A DNA stretch of 64,000 bases, taken from Candidatus Marinacidobacterales bacterium (GTDB taxonomy: Bacteria > Acidobacteriota > Vicinamibacteria > Marinacidobacterales > SMYC01). Below are positions 9,532 to 20,017 of the stretch, piece by piece. The stretch covers positions 1,600,001 through 1,664,000 of the forward strand of contig CBDCYI010000011.1 of the NCBI GenBank assembly GCA_965224085.1, in the 5' to 3' direction. How positions within the stretch are numbered: the first letter of the stretch is position 1; each line of letters opens with the position of its first letter. The position numbers were made by a program, and so were the translations under genes. The notes below the pieces were generated by a model. The model saw only the letters and a list, made by a program, of their open reading frames with translations, searched no databases and was not told where the DNA came from.

Positions 9532-10599
9532 TCAGAATAGGCTGACCTTGATTCTTAAGTATTTCTTCGGGTCTTCGCGGATGTCGCCGATGAGGCCTTG
9601 GAGCTCGGTCGCGGTCTTGTTTAGGTTCTCGTAGAGCTCGCGGTCGTGGAGGAGCTGACCGGCAGTCCCTTCGCCACGCTCGAGCCGGGACGTTATCGAG
9701 CCGAGGTTCGCCGAGAGCGAGTCGAGCTTGTCATAGAGCTCGCGTTCACGTAGCAACGCGCCGAGGGTTCCCTCTCCTTGATCGAGGCGGTCGGTCGCGC
9801 GGGCGAGGTTCTCGGTCGTCGTCGAGATCTGTCGGCCGATCTCGCGATCGTAGACGAGCCGTCCGATGGCGCCTTCACCACTGTCGATGCGCACCACCAG
9901 ATCTTTCATGCTGACGATGAGCTGATTGAGATTGTCGTAGATCTTCGGGTCGTGGATGAGCTTGCCAAAAGTACCGTCCTGGCGATCGAGGCTCGCAAAA
10001 ACATCCTCGGCCCTCGTTACGAGAACGAGGAGCTGATCGTGCAGCTCTTCTCGTTTGAGTATAGCCCCGAGCGTCCCTTGCCCGTCTTGGATCTCGGCCG
10101 CGAGGTCGCGAATATCTTTCATTGTGCTGGAGGCGTCGAGGATGATGCCCTTGATAGGGTCACCCTCCGCTTCACCGGGAATCTCTCCCCCGTCCTCGAT
10201 GGAATCGCCTCTCAGCTCGCCTGGGTCGACGTCGAGCATCTTTTCTCCCAAGACACCGAGGCTTCCAACGGTCACGAGCGAGGTCGTCGTGATGCGGTCT
10301 TGCACGTCGGTGCGGATCGTCATCGTCACTTTCACGGGCGCCGGCGCATCGGCCCCGGCAAACTCCACCTTCTGGACCGAGCCGACCTCGACTCCCGAAA
10401 GGTGGATCGGCGAGCCGGCTTTCAGGCCGTTCACATCGCGGAGGTAGCTGTAAACCGTGTACTGCCCGCCAAGAAAAGGCAGCCCTCCTTCGCGGGTAAT
10501 GTACATGGTCGCCGCCATCGCGACGATGAGCGCGATAGCCACAACGATGCCGACTCTGAGCTCGGCGTAGGTGATAGATTTTCTGCCTGGCATTTTCAC
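9532..10599 (-). CDS. MCE/MlaD family protein
   Basis: TM helix, GLKAGSPIHLSGVEVG, GEGT.G.L repeats, P..YL C-terminus. Confidence 0.88.
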   Translation of the reverse strand: MKMPGRKSITYAELRVGIVVAIALIVAMAATMYITREGGLPFLGGQYTVYSYLRDVNGLKAGSPIHLSGVEVGSVQKVEFAGADAPAPVKVTMTIRTDVQDRITTTSLVTVGSLGVLGEKMLDVDPGELRGDSIEDGGEIPGEAEGDPIKGIILDASSTMKDIRDLAAEIQDGQGTLGAILKREELHDQLLVLVTRAEDVFASLDRQDGTFGKLIHDPKIYDNLNQLIVSMKDLVVRIDSGEGAIGRLVYDREIGRQISTTTENLARATDRLDQGEGTLGALLRERELYDKLDSLSANLGSITSRLERGEGTAGQLLHDRELYENLNKTATELQGLIGDIREDPKKYLRIKVSLF

Positions 10600-10633
10600 T
10601 CTCCCTCGAAGCGGCTCGCGTTTCTCATTTTTA

Positions 10634-10673
10634 TCGGCTCAATTGGCTCCATTCGCTCAATTCGCTCCATTCA
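10634..10673. repeat. 9-bp tandem repeat at the MlaF-like stop codon
   Basis: TCGGCTCAA TTGGCTCCA TTCGCTCAA TTCGCTCCA TTCA. Confidence 0.8.
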
Positions 10674-11495
10674 CCGGCCCGGTATCTGACCATCCAAGAA
10701 CTTCCTCACATAGGGCTCGTCGGAACGGAAGAGCTCTCTTTGCGGGCCGGCAAAAACGATGCGGCCTTCATTGAGAACGATGAAATCGCTCCCCACGAGT
10801 AGGTCGACATCCTCTATCCGGTTGTAGATGAACTCGCCGTTCTTGCGCATCACGAAGCTTTGCACGACCTGAAAGGCGTCCCGCAATTGATGAGTAACGA
10901 GGACCGACGTCACCCCTTCGAGATCTCGAAGCTTCACGATCAGATCGCAAATCGTCGAGCCGGTGATGGGATCGAGCCCCGTCGTAGGCTCGTCATAAAG
11001 GATGAGTCCCGGGCGATGGGCCATCGCACGCGCTACCGAGACGCGCCGTCTTTGCCCTCCCGAGAGATCCGAGGGCGCCCGCTCATAGAACTCTCCGAGC
11101 CCAACGAATCCGAGCATGCGGCTCACGCGCTCCTCGACCTCTTCATCGTCGAGTTGGTCGTGCTCTCGCAATCGAAAGCCGACATTCTCCGCGACCGAAA
11201 GCGAGTCGAAGAGCGCGCCTTCCTGGAACACCATTCCGATCCCGGCGCGCACCGGCATGAGGGCGGACTCTCTTAGACCAGAGATATCGACGCCACCGAC
11301 TTCGATGACGCCGGATTCCGGCTTGATGAGCCCGAGCACGAGTTTGAGAATCGTCGACTTTCCCGACCCGCTTCCTCCGATAATGATCACGGTGCCGCCC
11401 AACGCGACGTCGAAGCTCACGTCTTTCAACGTGTAGTCTTCGTTGCCGGGATAGGCGTAGTAGACGTTTCGGAACGAGATCGCTAGCGTCGGCAT
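10671..11495 (-). CDS. ABC transporter ATP-binding protein (MlaF-like)
   Basis: GGSGSGKS, FQEGALFDS, LSGGQ, DEPTTGLDP. Confidence 0.9.
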   Translation of the reverse strand: MPTLAISFRNVYYAYPGNEDYTLKDVSFDVALGGTVIIIGGSGSGKSTILKLVLGLIKPESGVIEVGGVDISGLRESALMPVRAGIGMVFQEGALFDSLSVAENVGFRLREHDQLDDEEVEERVSRMLGFVGLGEFYERAPSDLSGGQRRRVSVARAMAHRPGLILYDEPTTGLDPITGSTICDLIVKLRDLEGVTSVLVTHQLRDAFQVVQSFVMRKNGEFIYNRIEDVDLLVGSDFIVLNEGRIVFAGPQRELFRSDEPYVRKFLDGQIPGR

Positions 11496-11498
11496 CGC

Positions 11499-12275
11499 TC
11501 AGGGATACACGAACTTTAGCACCAAGAGATTGAGAAAGTAGTCGGTGGCGAGGATCAATACCGAAGCAACGACCACAGATTGGGTCGTCGACTCGCCCAC
11601 GCCGCGCGTTCCGCCCGTGGTCGTGAGCCCTTGATAACAGCCGACGGCGACGATGATATAGCCGAAGACAAGAGGCTTCACGAGCCCCATGAACAAATCG
11701 TGCAGCTTGATCGCATCGAGCGCCGAATGCCAGTAAAGGCTCGTCGCGAGACGCAGGGTAAACCTGGCGACAAGAAAGCCGCCAACCATGCCGACAGCAT
11801 TGCTCAACACGGTCAGCACCGGCACCATGATGACGCCCGCGATCATGCGCGGCACGACGAGCTTTCGGATGGGATCCGTACCGAGCGAGCGTAAGGCGTC
11901 GATTTGTTGCGTAACAACCATCGAGCCGAGCTCCGCCGCCATTCCAGAACCGACACGGCCGCTCACCATCAGCGCCGTGAGCACTGGTCCGAGCTCACGA
12001 AGCATCGATAGCGACACCATCCGACCTACATAAGGCCGCGCGCCGAACGCATCGAGCGTGGCCGAGCTCTGCACCGTGAGCACCATGCCGGTGAACAGTC
12101 CGGTCAACGTCACGATCGTCAGCGAGCCCACCCCAATCGAGTCCATCTGCTCGAGTGTCTCACGCCAGTATCGAGGCCTCGAGAAGAGACTCACGAAGGC
12201 GTCGAACGAAAGTTTCGAGAACGCCTGCAGAGCCGCGAGCCGCTCTTTGACCCAGTTACTCGCCGCGTTCACCAT
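11499..12275 (-). CDS. ABC transporter permease (MlaE-like)
   Basis: RELGPVLTALMVSGRVGS, QIDAL, GVGESTT; start placed at ATG 12275. Confidence 0.9.
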   Translation of the reverse strand: MVNAASNWVKERLAALQAFSKLSFDAFVSLFSRPRYWRETLEQMDSIGVGSLTIVTLTGLFTGMVLTVQSSATLDAFGARPYVGRMVSLSMLRELGPVLTALMVSGRVGSGMAAELGSMVVTQQIDALRSLGTDPIRKLVVPRMIAGVIMVPVLTVLSNAVGMVGGFLVARFTLRLATSLYWHSALDAIKLHDLFMGLVKPLVFGYIIVAVGCYQGLTTTGGTRGVGESTTQSVVVASVLILATDYFLNLLVLKFVYP

Positions 12276-12276
12276 T

Positions 12277-12495
12277 CTAATGCTCAATGCTCGCTCTCTC
12301 TTGAACTCTGCGCCGAGCTCGCCTGATCTGTCGTCGGCGCATTCGCGCCGGGCTCGCTCCGCTCGCAGCAGAGTGCAGATGACTTTTCAGCACTCTGCTA
12401 ATGCTCAATGCTCGCTCTCTCTTGACCTTGCGCCGAGCTCGCCCGGTGTGCATCGGGCCGAAGGCTGCGAATGTCCATTTTTTAGCAGCCTGCTA
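12277..12495 (-). mobile_element. Two tandem MITE-like units bounded by TAG
   Basis: Minus strand reads TAG|CAGGCTGCTAAAAA...GAGCATTGAGCAT|TAG|CAGAGTGCTGAAAA...GAGCATTGAGCAT|TAG; ~47-bp direct repeat at 12277-12323 and 12398-12443. Confidence 0.6.
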
Positions 12496-14532
12496 GTGGC
12501 GGTCTCCGCCCGTTCGGTCGAACAGCTCGATCTGTTTCAGCTCGCGAATTCGATCCCGGTGCTCCGCGGCTCCTTCGAAGTCGAGATCTTTCGCAGCTTG
12601 CTTCATCTTTCGTGTCACCCGCTCGATCTCGCGCCGAATCTCTTGCGGGCTGCCAAAAAGCAAATCGTCTTCCGCAACACTCCCGGCGTCGCCTTTCTCG
12701 TCTTTTTCACCGTCGCGGATCACGCCGCGGATTGATTTCACAATCGTCTCGGGCGTGATGCCGTGCTCGTCGTTATATTCCTTTTGCAGTCGGCGCCGAC
12801 GTCCGGTCTCGCTAATGGCGCGCTTCATCGAATCGGTTTCTTTGTCTGCATAGAGAAGCGCCATACCGCTCAGGTTACGGGAGGCCCGGCCAATGGTCTG
12901 GATGAGCGAGCCCGCCGAGCGCAAAAAACCCTCTTTGTCGGCGTCGAGGATCGCGACGAGGGAGACTTCAGGCAAGTCGAGCCCCTCGCGCAACAAATTG
13001 ATGCCGATGAGAACGTCGAACTCTCCGAGTCGCAGGTCTCGAAGAATGTTCATACGCTCGAGCGTATCGATGTCGGAGTGCAGATAGCGGCACCGTACGC
13101 CGAGCTCGGTATAGTACTCGGTCAAATCCTCCGCCATCCGTTTCGTCAGCGTCGTCACGAGCACACGCTCGCTCTTGTCGACGCGCTTGCGAATCTCGTC
13201 GAGAAGGTCATCGACCTGGCCACCGACCGGACGCATGTCGATTTCGGGATCCATGAGGCCGGTGGGTCGAATGATCTGCTCGACTACAACGCCACCGCTA
13301 CGCTCGAGCTCGTAGGGGCCGGGCGTGGCGGACACATAGACCGTGTGCCCGATCCGGAACTCGAACTCCTCGAAATTCAAAGGACGGTTGTCGAGCGCCG
13401 ATGGCATGCGAAATCCGTATTCGACGAGGGTCTCTTTCCGGGCGCGATCGCCGTGATACATCCCGCGAACCTGAGGCACCGTTTGATGGGACTCGTCGAT
13501 GATAATGACCGTGTCCTTCGACAAATAGTCCATTAGCGACGGCGGCGGCTGGCCCGGTTTCAGCCCAGTGAAATGGCGTGAGTAGTTCTCGATACCGTGA
13601 CAATAGCCGACCTCTTGCAACATCTCGAGATCGAAGAGCGTTCTTTGCTGGATACGCTGCGCTTCGAGAAGCTTGCCTTCACCGTGCAACTTGCGGTGAA
13701 ACCAATCTAGCTCCTCACGGATCGTATCGATGGCGCGAACCGTTCGCTCGCGGGGCGCGACGTAATGAGTCTTCGGAAAAATCGTGACCCGCTTCATCGG
13801 CCACAGTGTTTTCCCCGTAAGCGGGTCGAATTGTGCAATCGACTCCACTTCATCACCGAAAAGCTCGAGGCGAACACCGAGATCGTCATAGCCCGGAATG
13901 ATCTCGATGACGTCGCCGCGCACGCGAAAGGTGCCACGGCTCAAGTCGTAATCGTTGCGCTCGTATTGGATCTCGACGAGCTTGCGCAACACCGCCGCGC
14001 GATCGATCTCGTCGCCCTGCTCCACGTTTAGGAGCATGCCGTAATAGGCCTCCGGCGAGCCGAGACCGTAGATGCAAGAAACGCTCGCGACGATGAGCAC
14101 GTCTTCGCGCTCGAAAAGAGAACGCGTTGCGGAGAGCCGCATGCGGTCTATCTCGTCATTGATCGTGGCTTCCTTCTCGATAAAGGTGTCGCTCGCCGGC
14201 ACGTAAGCTTCAGGCTGATAGTAGTCGTAGTAGCTTACGAAATACTCGACCGCGTTTTCGGGAAAAAACTCCTTGAACTCCTGATAGAGCTGCGCCGCGA
14301 GCGTCTTGTTGTGCGCGATCACAAGAGCTGGACGGTTGACCGCTTCGATGAGCTTCGCCACCGTGAAGGTCTTGCCCGAGCCGGTCACGCCCAGGAGGAC
14401 CTGGTCTTTTTCGCCCTGCTCGAGACCGCGTGTCAGCTCTTCGAGTGCTCTCGGCTGATCCCCTTCGGGCTCAAAGCTCGAAGAGACGCGGAACTCACCG
14501 GAGCGCCTTGCTGGCAGCGGATGGGTAGCCAT
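12493..14532 (-). CDS. uvrB: Excinuclease ABC subunit B
   Basis: [37 protein letters not shown]-terminal UVR domain. Confidence 0.98.
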   Translation of the reverse strand: MATHPLPARRSGEFRVSSSFEPEGDQPRALEELTRGLEQGEKDQVLLGVTGSGKTFTVAKLIEAVNRPALVIAHNKTLAAQLYQEFKEFFPENAVEYFVSYYDYYQPEAYVPASDTFIEKEATINDEIDRMRLSATRSLFEREDVLIVASVSCIYGLGSPEAYYGMLLNVEQGDEIDRAAVLRKLVEIQYERNDYDLSRGTFRVRGDVIEIIPGYDDLGVRLELFGDEVESIAQFDPLTGKTLWPMKRVTIFPKTHYVAPRERTVRAIDTIREELDWFHRKLHGEGKLLEAQRIQQRTLFDLEMLQEVGYCHGIENYSRHFTGLKPGQPPPSLMDYLSKDTVIIIDESHQTVPQVRGMYHGDRARKETLVEYGFRMPSALDNRPLNFEEFEFRIGHTVYVSATPGPYELERSGGVVVEQIIRPTGLMDPEIDMRPVGGQVDDLLDEIRKRVDKSERVLVTTLTKRMAEDLTEYYTELGVRCRYLHSDIDTLERMNILRDLRLGEFDVLIGINLLREGLDLPEVSLVAILDADKEGFLRSAGSLIQTIGRASRNLSGMALLYADKETDSMKRAISETGRRRRLQKEYNDEHGITPETIVKSIRGVIRDGEKDEKGDAGSVAEDDLLFGSPQEIRREIERVTRKMKQAAKDLDFEGAAEHRDRIRELKQIELFDRTGGDRH

Positions 14533-14641
14533 GAAACGGGCCTATAAGTATATACGAATCCAGAACTTAGCACGTGTGAAGGAACTGGTCAAACCCGAAC
14601 GAAGCCCATTCGGATCGCGGCAACGGATGTGAATGGCTCAG

Positions 14642-14989
14642 CTACGCGAGCGCGCCGCCCTTTTTCTTGTTGTAGGTGCGGTAGTCGAAGCTGCGTTCCT
14701 CGGCCTCGCCGAGACGAAGGCCCTCGTCGTGCTTGAACATATGGATGGCGTCGTAATCGGGCGGGCAAAACTTCGCGCAGAGCTGACAGCCGATGCAAGT
14801 ATCCACGTTGACCTCGCAAACTTCGCCCATCGCGCTGGGCTCAGGGTCGGGCACAAGATAGATACAATCTTGGACCGGGCAGACATGGATGCACATCTCG
14901 CATCCACGACCGAAGCACTTCCCTTTGTCGACGAAGGCCAACATCTTGGGTTGTTTCTTCCGTGGCCCGGTGATCAATTTGTCCTGCAT
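14642..14989 (-). CDS. 2[4Fe-4S] ferredoxin
   Basis: CFGRGCEMCIHVCP and CIGCQLCAKFCP. Confidence 0.85.
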   Translation of the reverse strand: MQDKLITGPRKKQPKMLAFVDKGKCFGRGCEMCIHVCPVQDCIYLVPDPEPSAMGEVCEVNVDTCIGCQLCAKFCPPDYDAIHMFKHDEGLRLGEAEERSFDYRTYNKKKGGALA

Positions 14990-15039
14990 CCGCTTGTGTC
15001 CTCCCTCGCAATGTAATTATATCGAAACCGGTAGACAAA

Positions 15040-15087
15040 ACACCAGATCTGGTGGCTAGGGTCTACGTAAACAACTATACTCGGTTG
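15040..15087. promoter_or_regulatory. NrdR-box-like palindrome with degenerate partner
   Basis: ACACCAGATCTGGTGG (15040-55); CAACTATACTCGGTTG (15072-87) starts 32 bp later and overlaps the ispH -10. Confidence 0.55.
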
Positions 15088-15089
15088 AC

Positions 15090-16304
15090 ATGGCGAGCGT
15101 AGATCCCGAATCCCGGCTTTATCGGAAAGGCCTCGGCCTCAGAGCGCAAGTGCAAGAGCCTCTGAGAAAAGACTATGAGGGCCTCATCGTGGACTTCGCC
15201 CGCGAGCGCGACTTCAAGCTCGTCGCCGGCGAGCTCACCTTCCGGCTCGCCAGGGAGTTCGGATTCTGCTACGGCGTCGATCGCGCGGTGGAGTATGCCT
15301 ACGAGGCGCGTGCACGCTTTCCCGGCAGGAAAATCTTCATTACGGGCGAGATCATCCACAACCCATACGTCAACCGGCGTTTGTCGGAAATGGGGGTCGA
15401 ATTTCTCGATGGCCCCTATGGAACCGACGAGAAGTTTGCCTCCATCACCAACGACGACGTCGTGCTCCTCCCCGCTTTTGGCGTGAGCACCGGCGAGCTC
15501 GAGATTCTGCAGAGAAAGGGCATGGTCCTCGTCGACACGACGTGCGGTTCGGTGATGAACGTGTGGAAAAACGTCGAGCACTATGCGCGGGACGGCTTCA
15601 CATCCGTGGTCCACGGCAAGTGCGGGCACGAAGAGACCAAAGCAACCGTCTCACGCGCAACAAACGGCCATGGGCACTATCTCGTCGTCCGTGACTTGAA
15701 CGAGACCGATATCGTTTGCGACTACATCGAGACATCGCGCGACAAGGCACGTTTCGTCGAGTTTTTCTCGGACGCGGTCTCGCCCGGTTTCGACCCCGAT
15801 AGCCACCTGACCCAAATCGGACTCGCCAACCAAACGACCATGCTCAGCAGCGAGTCGCTCGAGATTGCGGAGCGGCTCCGGCAATCGATGGTGCGCCGCT
15901 ACGGCGAGAGCGAGCTCGAAGCTCGCTTTCGCTCTTTCGATACGATTTGTAGCGCGACCCAGGAAAGACAAGATGCCGTTGTCGAGCTGTGCGAGGAAGG
16001 CGTCGATCTGATGCTCGTCATCGGAGGCTACAACAGTAGCAACACGGCGCATCTCGCCGAGATTTGTTCGGCGAGATTCCCGACCTACCACATCGCAGAT
16101 TCTCACTCCATGGTGTCCCCCGCCCTCATCCGCCACAAACCCCTTCACGATCAGAACGAAGTGGATGCTACCGATTGGCTTCCGGAGGGCACTCTCAAGA
16201 TCGGTGTCACCGCCGGCGCCTCGACGCCCGACGTCAAAGTTGACGAGGTCATCGATCGCGTTCTGGGGTTTCGCGGCCTCACGAGGCACGACGTGACCGC
16301 GTGA
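15090..16304 (+). CDS. ispH: 4-hydroxy-3-methylbut-2-enyl diphosphate reductase (long form)
   Basis: FGFCYGVDRA, IIHNP, DTTC, QTT, DTICSATQERQ, SSN, TAGASTP. Confidence 0.95.
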   Translation: MASVDPESRLYRKGLGLRAQVQEPLRKDYEGLIVDFARERDFKLVAGELTFRLAREFGFCYGVDRAVEYAYEARARFPGRKIFITGEIIHNPYVNRRLSEMGVEFLDGPYGTDEKFASITNDDVVLLPAFGVSTGELEILQRKGMVLVDTTCGSVMNVWKNVEHYARDGFTSVVHGKCGHEETKATVSRATNGHGHYLVVRDLNETDIVCDYIETSRDKARFVEFFSDAVSPGFDPDSHLTQIGLANQTTMLSSESLEIAERLRQSMVRRYGESELEARFRSFDTICSATQERQDAVVELCEEGVDLMLVIGGYNSSNTAHLAEICSARFPTYHIADSHSMVSPALIRHKPLHDQNEVDATDWLPEGTLKIGVTAGASTPDVKVDEVIDRVLGFRGLTRHDVTA

Positions 16305-16452
16305 ATCGCTATTTTCGCGCTCGCACAATTTGCCTACCGGGTGGTAAGCCACCGAGTGGGTCCGTCGCGACCTTTCAGATATAATTGTCTGACTAGCACG
16401 GGGTCTTACAACATCGAACGGGCTTTTCAAGTTCACGTCGATGGAGGTTTGC

Positions 16453-18591
16453 ATGGAGAGCGGAGCGAAGCCACGAGCGGAACCCGTACTTAGTCTGGGA
16501 ACAGAAGTATATGACCGCTATCACGGCCTCACCCGCGAAGAGCTCATCGGCGCTTATCGATGGATGCTCCTCTCCCGAAAAGTCGACGATCGGGAGATTC
16601 AGCTCAAACGCCAAAACAAAGTCTTCTTTCAGATCAACGGTGTTGGCCATGAAGCTGTGCTCGTAGCCGCAGCCATGCATCTTCGGCCCGGCAAAGATTG
16701 GTATTTTCCTTACTACCGCGATCGCGCGCTATGTCTCGCGACGGGCGTGGCACCTGTCGAGCAGTTTCTCGCATCGGTCGCCGCTTTGGAAGATCCCGCC
16801 TCGGCCGGCCGCCAGATGCCATCCCATTGGAGCCATCCGAAGCTCAACATCGTGAGCCAGTCGAGCTGCGTGGCAACTCAGTTTCTCCACGCCACCGGCG
16901 CCGCGGTCGCCGGCCGCTACGCGAACCAAGGATCTTCTTCGGCAGGGAACGCTCCAGGTGAAATCGTCTACGTGTCCGGGGGCGACGGCTCGACGAGTGA
17001 AGGCGAGTTCTGGGAAGCGCTGAACAACGCGTGCCTCCAGAACCTTCCCGTGCTCTTCTTCATCGAAGACAACAGCTATGCGATCTCCGTACCCGTTGAA
17101 ACGCAAACGGCGGGCGGCAACATTTCGAGACTCGTACGGAGCTATCCCGGACTGTTCGTAACCGAGTTCGACGGCACGAGCTTCGTCGATAGCTACGGCC
17201 GGCTCCAAGATGCGGTTGCCTATCTTCGCGAGGGCCACGGACCGGTTCTCGCACACGCGCATGTCGTGCGCCCTTATTCGCACTCGCTATCGGATGACGA
17301 GAGGCTGTACAAGACCAAGAAAGAGCGCGACGACGAGGCGAAGCGCGACCCGCTCATCCGCATGAAAGACTTTCTCATCGCGGAGAATCTCGCGACGAAT
17401 GACCAGCTCCAGACCCTCGAAAAGAGCGTGCACGACGAAGTGACCGAAGCCGCCGACCAAGCGCTTTCGATGCGATGGCCCACCAAAGACAGCTGGCGCA
17501 AGCATCGCTACAGCGAGACCGTTGACCCGGGCTCGAGCGCCTTCTCCACCGAGCCGAGTTTTTCCGGCAAGGACGGCACCGTAGTGGACCTGCTTCACGC
17601 GTGCTTGCGGGACGAGATGGCGCGGGATCCGCGCATCGTCATCTTCGGCCAGGACGTTGCCGATGCGAGCCGCGAAGCTAATCTCGACGAAGTCAAAGGC
17701 AAAGGCGGGGTCTTCAAAGTCACCTTCGGCCTGCAGCGCGAGTTCGGCGGTGAACGCGTGTGGAACAGCACGCTGGCGGAAGCGAGCATCGCCGGCATGG
17801 CCGCCGGGGCCGCCATCCGCGGATTGAAACCGGTCGTCGAGATCCAGTTCTTCGACTATATCTGGCCTGCCTTCATGCAGATCCGAAATGAGATCGCGCC
17901 GATGCGTTGGCGCTCCGGTGGCACTTTCAGCTGCCCGCTCGTCATTCGCGTGCCCATCGGCGGCTATCTGACCGGAGGGGCAATTTATCATTCGCAATCA
18001 GGCGAGGTCTTGTTCGCACATATTCCGGGGCTGCGTGTCGTAATGCCTTCCAACGCCCTCGATGCGAACGGTCTTCTTCGAACGGCGATCCGCTGCGACG
18101 ACCCGGTTATCTTCCTCGAGCACAAGCACCTGTACCGCCAGACCCACAACAAGAGCCGCTATCCCGGCCCGGACTACATGATCCCGTTCGGCAAGGCACG
18201 CACGGTACTCGAAGGTGCGGATCTCACCATCGTGACTTTCGGAGCGCTCGTACGCCGCGCACAGGTCGCCGCACAAAAAGCACAAGCGGAAGGCGTCTCC
18301 GTCGAGATCCTCGATTTGCGCTCCCTGTCGCCCTATGACTGGGAAGCGATTGCGACCTCGGTCACGAAAACGAGCCGCGTCATCGTCGCTTACGAGGATG
18401 GGCGGACGTTCGGCTACGGCGCTGAAATCGCAGCCCGTATCTCGGAGGAGCTCTTCGACGAGCTCGACGCGCCCGTGCGGCGCGTGGCGGCGAAGGATTG
18501 CTGGGTCGCTTATAACCCCGACCTCGAAAACGCAATCCTCCCACAATCCGAAGACCTCTACGGCGCGATTATCGAGCTCGCGCGTTTCTAA
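16453..18591 (+). CDS. 2-oxoacid dehydrogenase E1 alpha/beta fusion (BCKDH-like)
   Basis: [23 protein letters not shown] motif, EIQFFDY, HSQ; GGAGG SD before ATG 16453. Confidence 0.92.
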   Translation: MESGAKPRAEPVLSLGTEVYDRYHGLTREELIGAYRWMLLSRKVDDREIQLKRQNKVFFQINGVGHEAVLVAAAMHLRPGKDWYFPYYRDRALCLATGVAPVEQFLASVAALEDPASAGRQMPSHWSHPKLNIVSQSSCVATQFLHATGAAVAGRYANQGSSSAGNAPGEIVYVSGGDGSTSEGEFWEALNNACLQNLPVLFFIEDNSYAISVPVETQTAGGNISRLVRSYPGLFVTEFDGTSFVDSYGRLQDAVAYLREGHGPVLAHAHVVRPYSHSLSDDERLYKTKKERDDEAKRDPLIRMKDFLIAENLATNDQLQTLEKSVHDEVTEAADQALSMRWPTKDSWRKHRYSETVDPGSSAFSTEPSFSGKDGTVVDLLHACLRDEMARDPRIVIFGQDVADASREANLDEVKGKGGVFKVTFGLQREFGGERVWNSTLAEASIAGMAAGAAIRGLKPVVEIQFFDYIWPAFMQIRNEIAPMRWRSGGTFSCPLVIRVPIGGYLTGGAIYHSQSGEVLFAHIPGLRVVMPSNALDANGLLRTAIRCDDPVIFLEHKHLYRQTHNKSRYPGPDYMIPFGKARTVLEGADLTIVTFGALVRRAQVAAQKAQAEGVSVEILDLRSLSPYDWEAIATSVTKTSRVIVAYEDGRTFGYGAEIAARISEELFDELDAPVRRVAAKDCWVAYNPDLENAILPQSEDLYGAIIELARF

Positions 18592-18609
18592 CGATTTACT
18601 AATTGCGAT

Positions 18610-19806
18610 ATGAGTACCGACGTCGAAACCCGTTTGCCGGAGAAAACAGCCGCCCTCACCGAGCTTTCGGCCGACGAAGAGCTCTTTCGGAGCATGGTGC
18701 GTGAGTTCGCCGAGAAAGAGATCGGGCCGCTCGTCCGGAAGATGGACCAGGACGCCAAGATCGATCCGGCCCTCCTACAGAAGTTCTTCGAGCTCGGCCT
18801 CATGGGTATCGAAATCCCCGAAAGCTACGGAGGCTCGGGCGCGAGCTTTTTCATGGCCGCACTCGCTGTCGAGGAAGTTTCCCGCGTCGACGCCTCGCTC
18901 GGGGTTTGTATCGACGTCCAAAACACGCTCGTCAACAACGCCGTCATGCGCTTTGGCAATGGCGAGCAGAAAAAACGCTACTTGCCTCGCCTTGCCCTGG
19001 ACACCATCGGCGCCTACGCTCTCTCGGAGCCCGATTCTGGAAGCGACGCTTTCGCGCTCACGTGCCGCGCCGTCGAGCACGACGATGGCGACGCGAAAGC
19101 GTACCGTCTGACCGGCACCAAACTCTGGATCACGAATGGAGCGGAGGCGGGACTTTTCATCGTCTTTGCAAGCGTAGACCTGAGCGCAGGCTACAAGGGC
19201 GTCACCGCCTTTCTCGTCGAGCGCGACTTCGAAGGCTTCACCGTCGGAAAAAAGGAAGACAAGCTCGGCATCCGCGCCTCGAGCACGACGGAGCTCGTCC
19301 TGGAAGACTGCGTCGTCCCGAAGTCGAATGTGCTCGGTGAAGTCGGCAAAGGCTACAAAATCGCCATCGAAACGCTGAACGAAGGCCGCATCGGGATCGG
19401 TGCTCAGATGATCGGGGTAGCGGCAGGAGCGCTCGAGCACGCGATGACCTATACGAAAGACCGCAAAGCGTTCGGGAAGTCCGTCGCCGAGTTTCAGGGC
19501 GTCCAGTTCCAGCACGCGCAATGCGCGACCGAGCTCGAAGCGGCGCGGCTTCTCGTCTATAACGCATCCCGGCTGCGCGACGCCAAGAAGCCCTACCTCG
19601 TCCAGGCGGCGATGGCCAAGCTCTTTTCATCGCAAGTCGCCGAGCGGGTGACCTCGCAAGCCATCGAGCACTATGGCGGCTACGGCTACAGCAAGGACTT
19701 CCCTGTCGAGAAATTTTGGCGCGACGCCAAGATCGGCACGATCTACGAGGGAACGTCCAACATGCAGCTCCAAACGATAGCAAAATATCTGCTCAAAGAC
19801 GGTTAG
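18610..19806 (+). CDS. Acyl-CoA dehydrogenase (short/branched-chain type)
   Basis: ALSEPDSGSD, KLWITN, GRIGIGAQ, IYEGTSN. Confidence 0.93.
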   Translation: MSTDVETRLPEKTAALTELSADEELFRSMVREFAEKEIGPLVRKMDQDAKIDPALLQKFFELGLMGIEIPESYGGSGASFFMAALAVEEVSRVDASLGVCIDVQNTLVNNAVMRFGNGEQKKRYLPRLALDTIGAYALSEPDSGSDAFALTCRAVEHDDGDAKAYRLTGTKLWITNGAEAGLFIVFASVDLSAGYKGVTAFLVERDFEGFTVGKKEDKLGIRASSTTELVLEDCVVPKSNVLGEVGKGYKIAIETLNEGRIGIGAQMIGVAAGALEHAMTYTKDRKAFGKSVAEFQGVQFQHAQCATELEAARLLVYNASRLRDAKKPYLVQAAMAKLFSSQVAERVTSQAIEHYGGYGYSKDFPVEKFWRDAKIGTIYEGTSNMQLQTIAKYLLKDG

Positions 19807-19879
19807 AATCCCTCTCCTAGATTCGCAGATTCACGGATTCGTCTTGCGACTCTGAGCGCTCTTTTTCTCGCCCTTGTCA

Positions 19880-19990
19880 CGCTTCCGTCATCGTGGTCGT
19901 TCACGAGCGACGTTCAACAACCGCGACACGACGCGGCGGCAGCGGCGGAGCTTCTCGACGAGCTCGGCTGGCGCGACCGCACTGGGTCTG
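19880..19990 (+). pseudogene. Possible fragment of a peptide ABC transporter substrate-binding protein
   Basis: Unannotated frame reads PSSWSFTSDVQQPRHDAAAAAELLDELGWRD, resembling SBP family 5; no start. Confidence 0.4.
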
Positions 19991-20017
19991 ATTGCTGAAT
20001 GCTGTAATGTAGGCGTT

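Noticed and set aside
14533-14600. LexA box shared by uvrB, lexA and the HNH promoter
   Set aside because: No convincing common palindrome or GTTC-N7-GTTC repeat found by eye.
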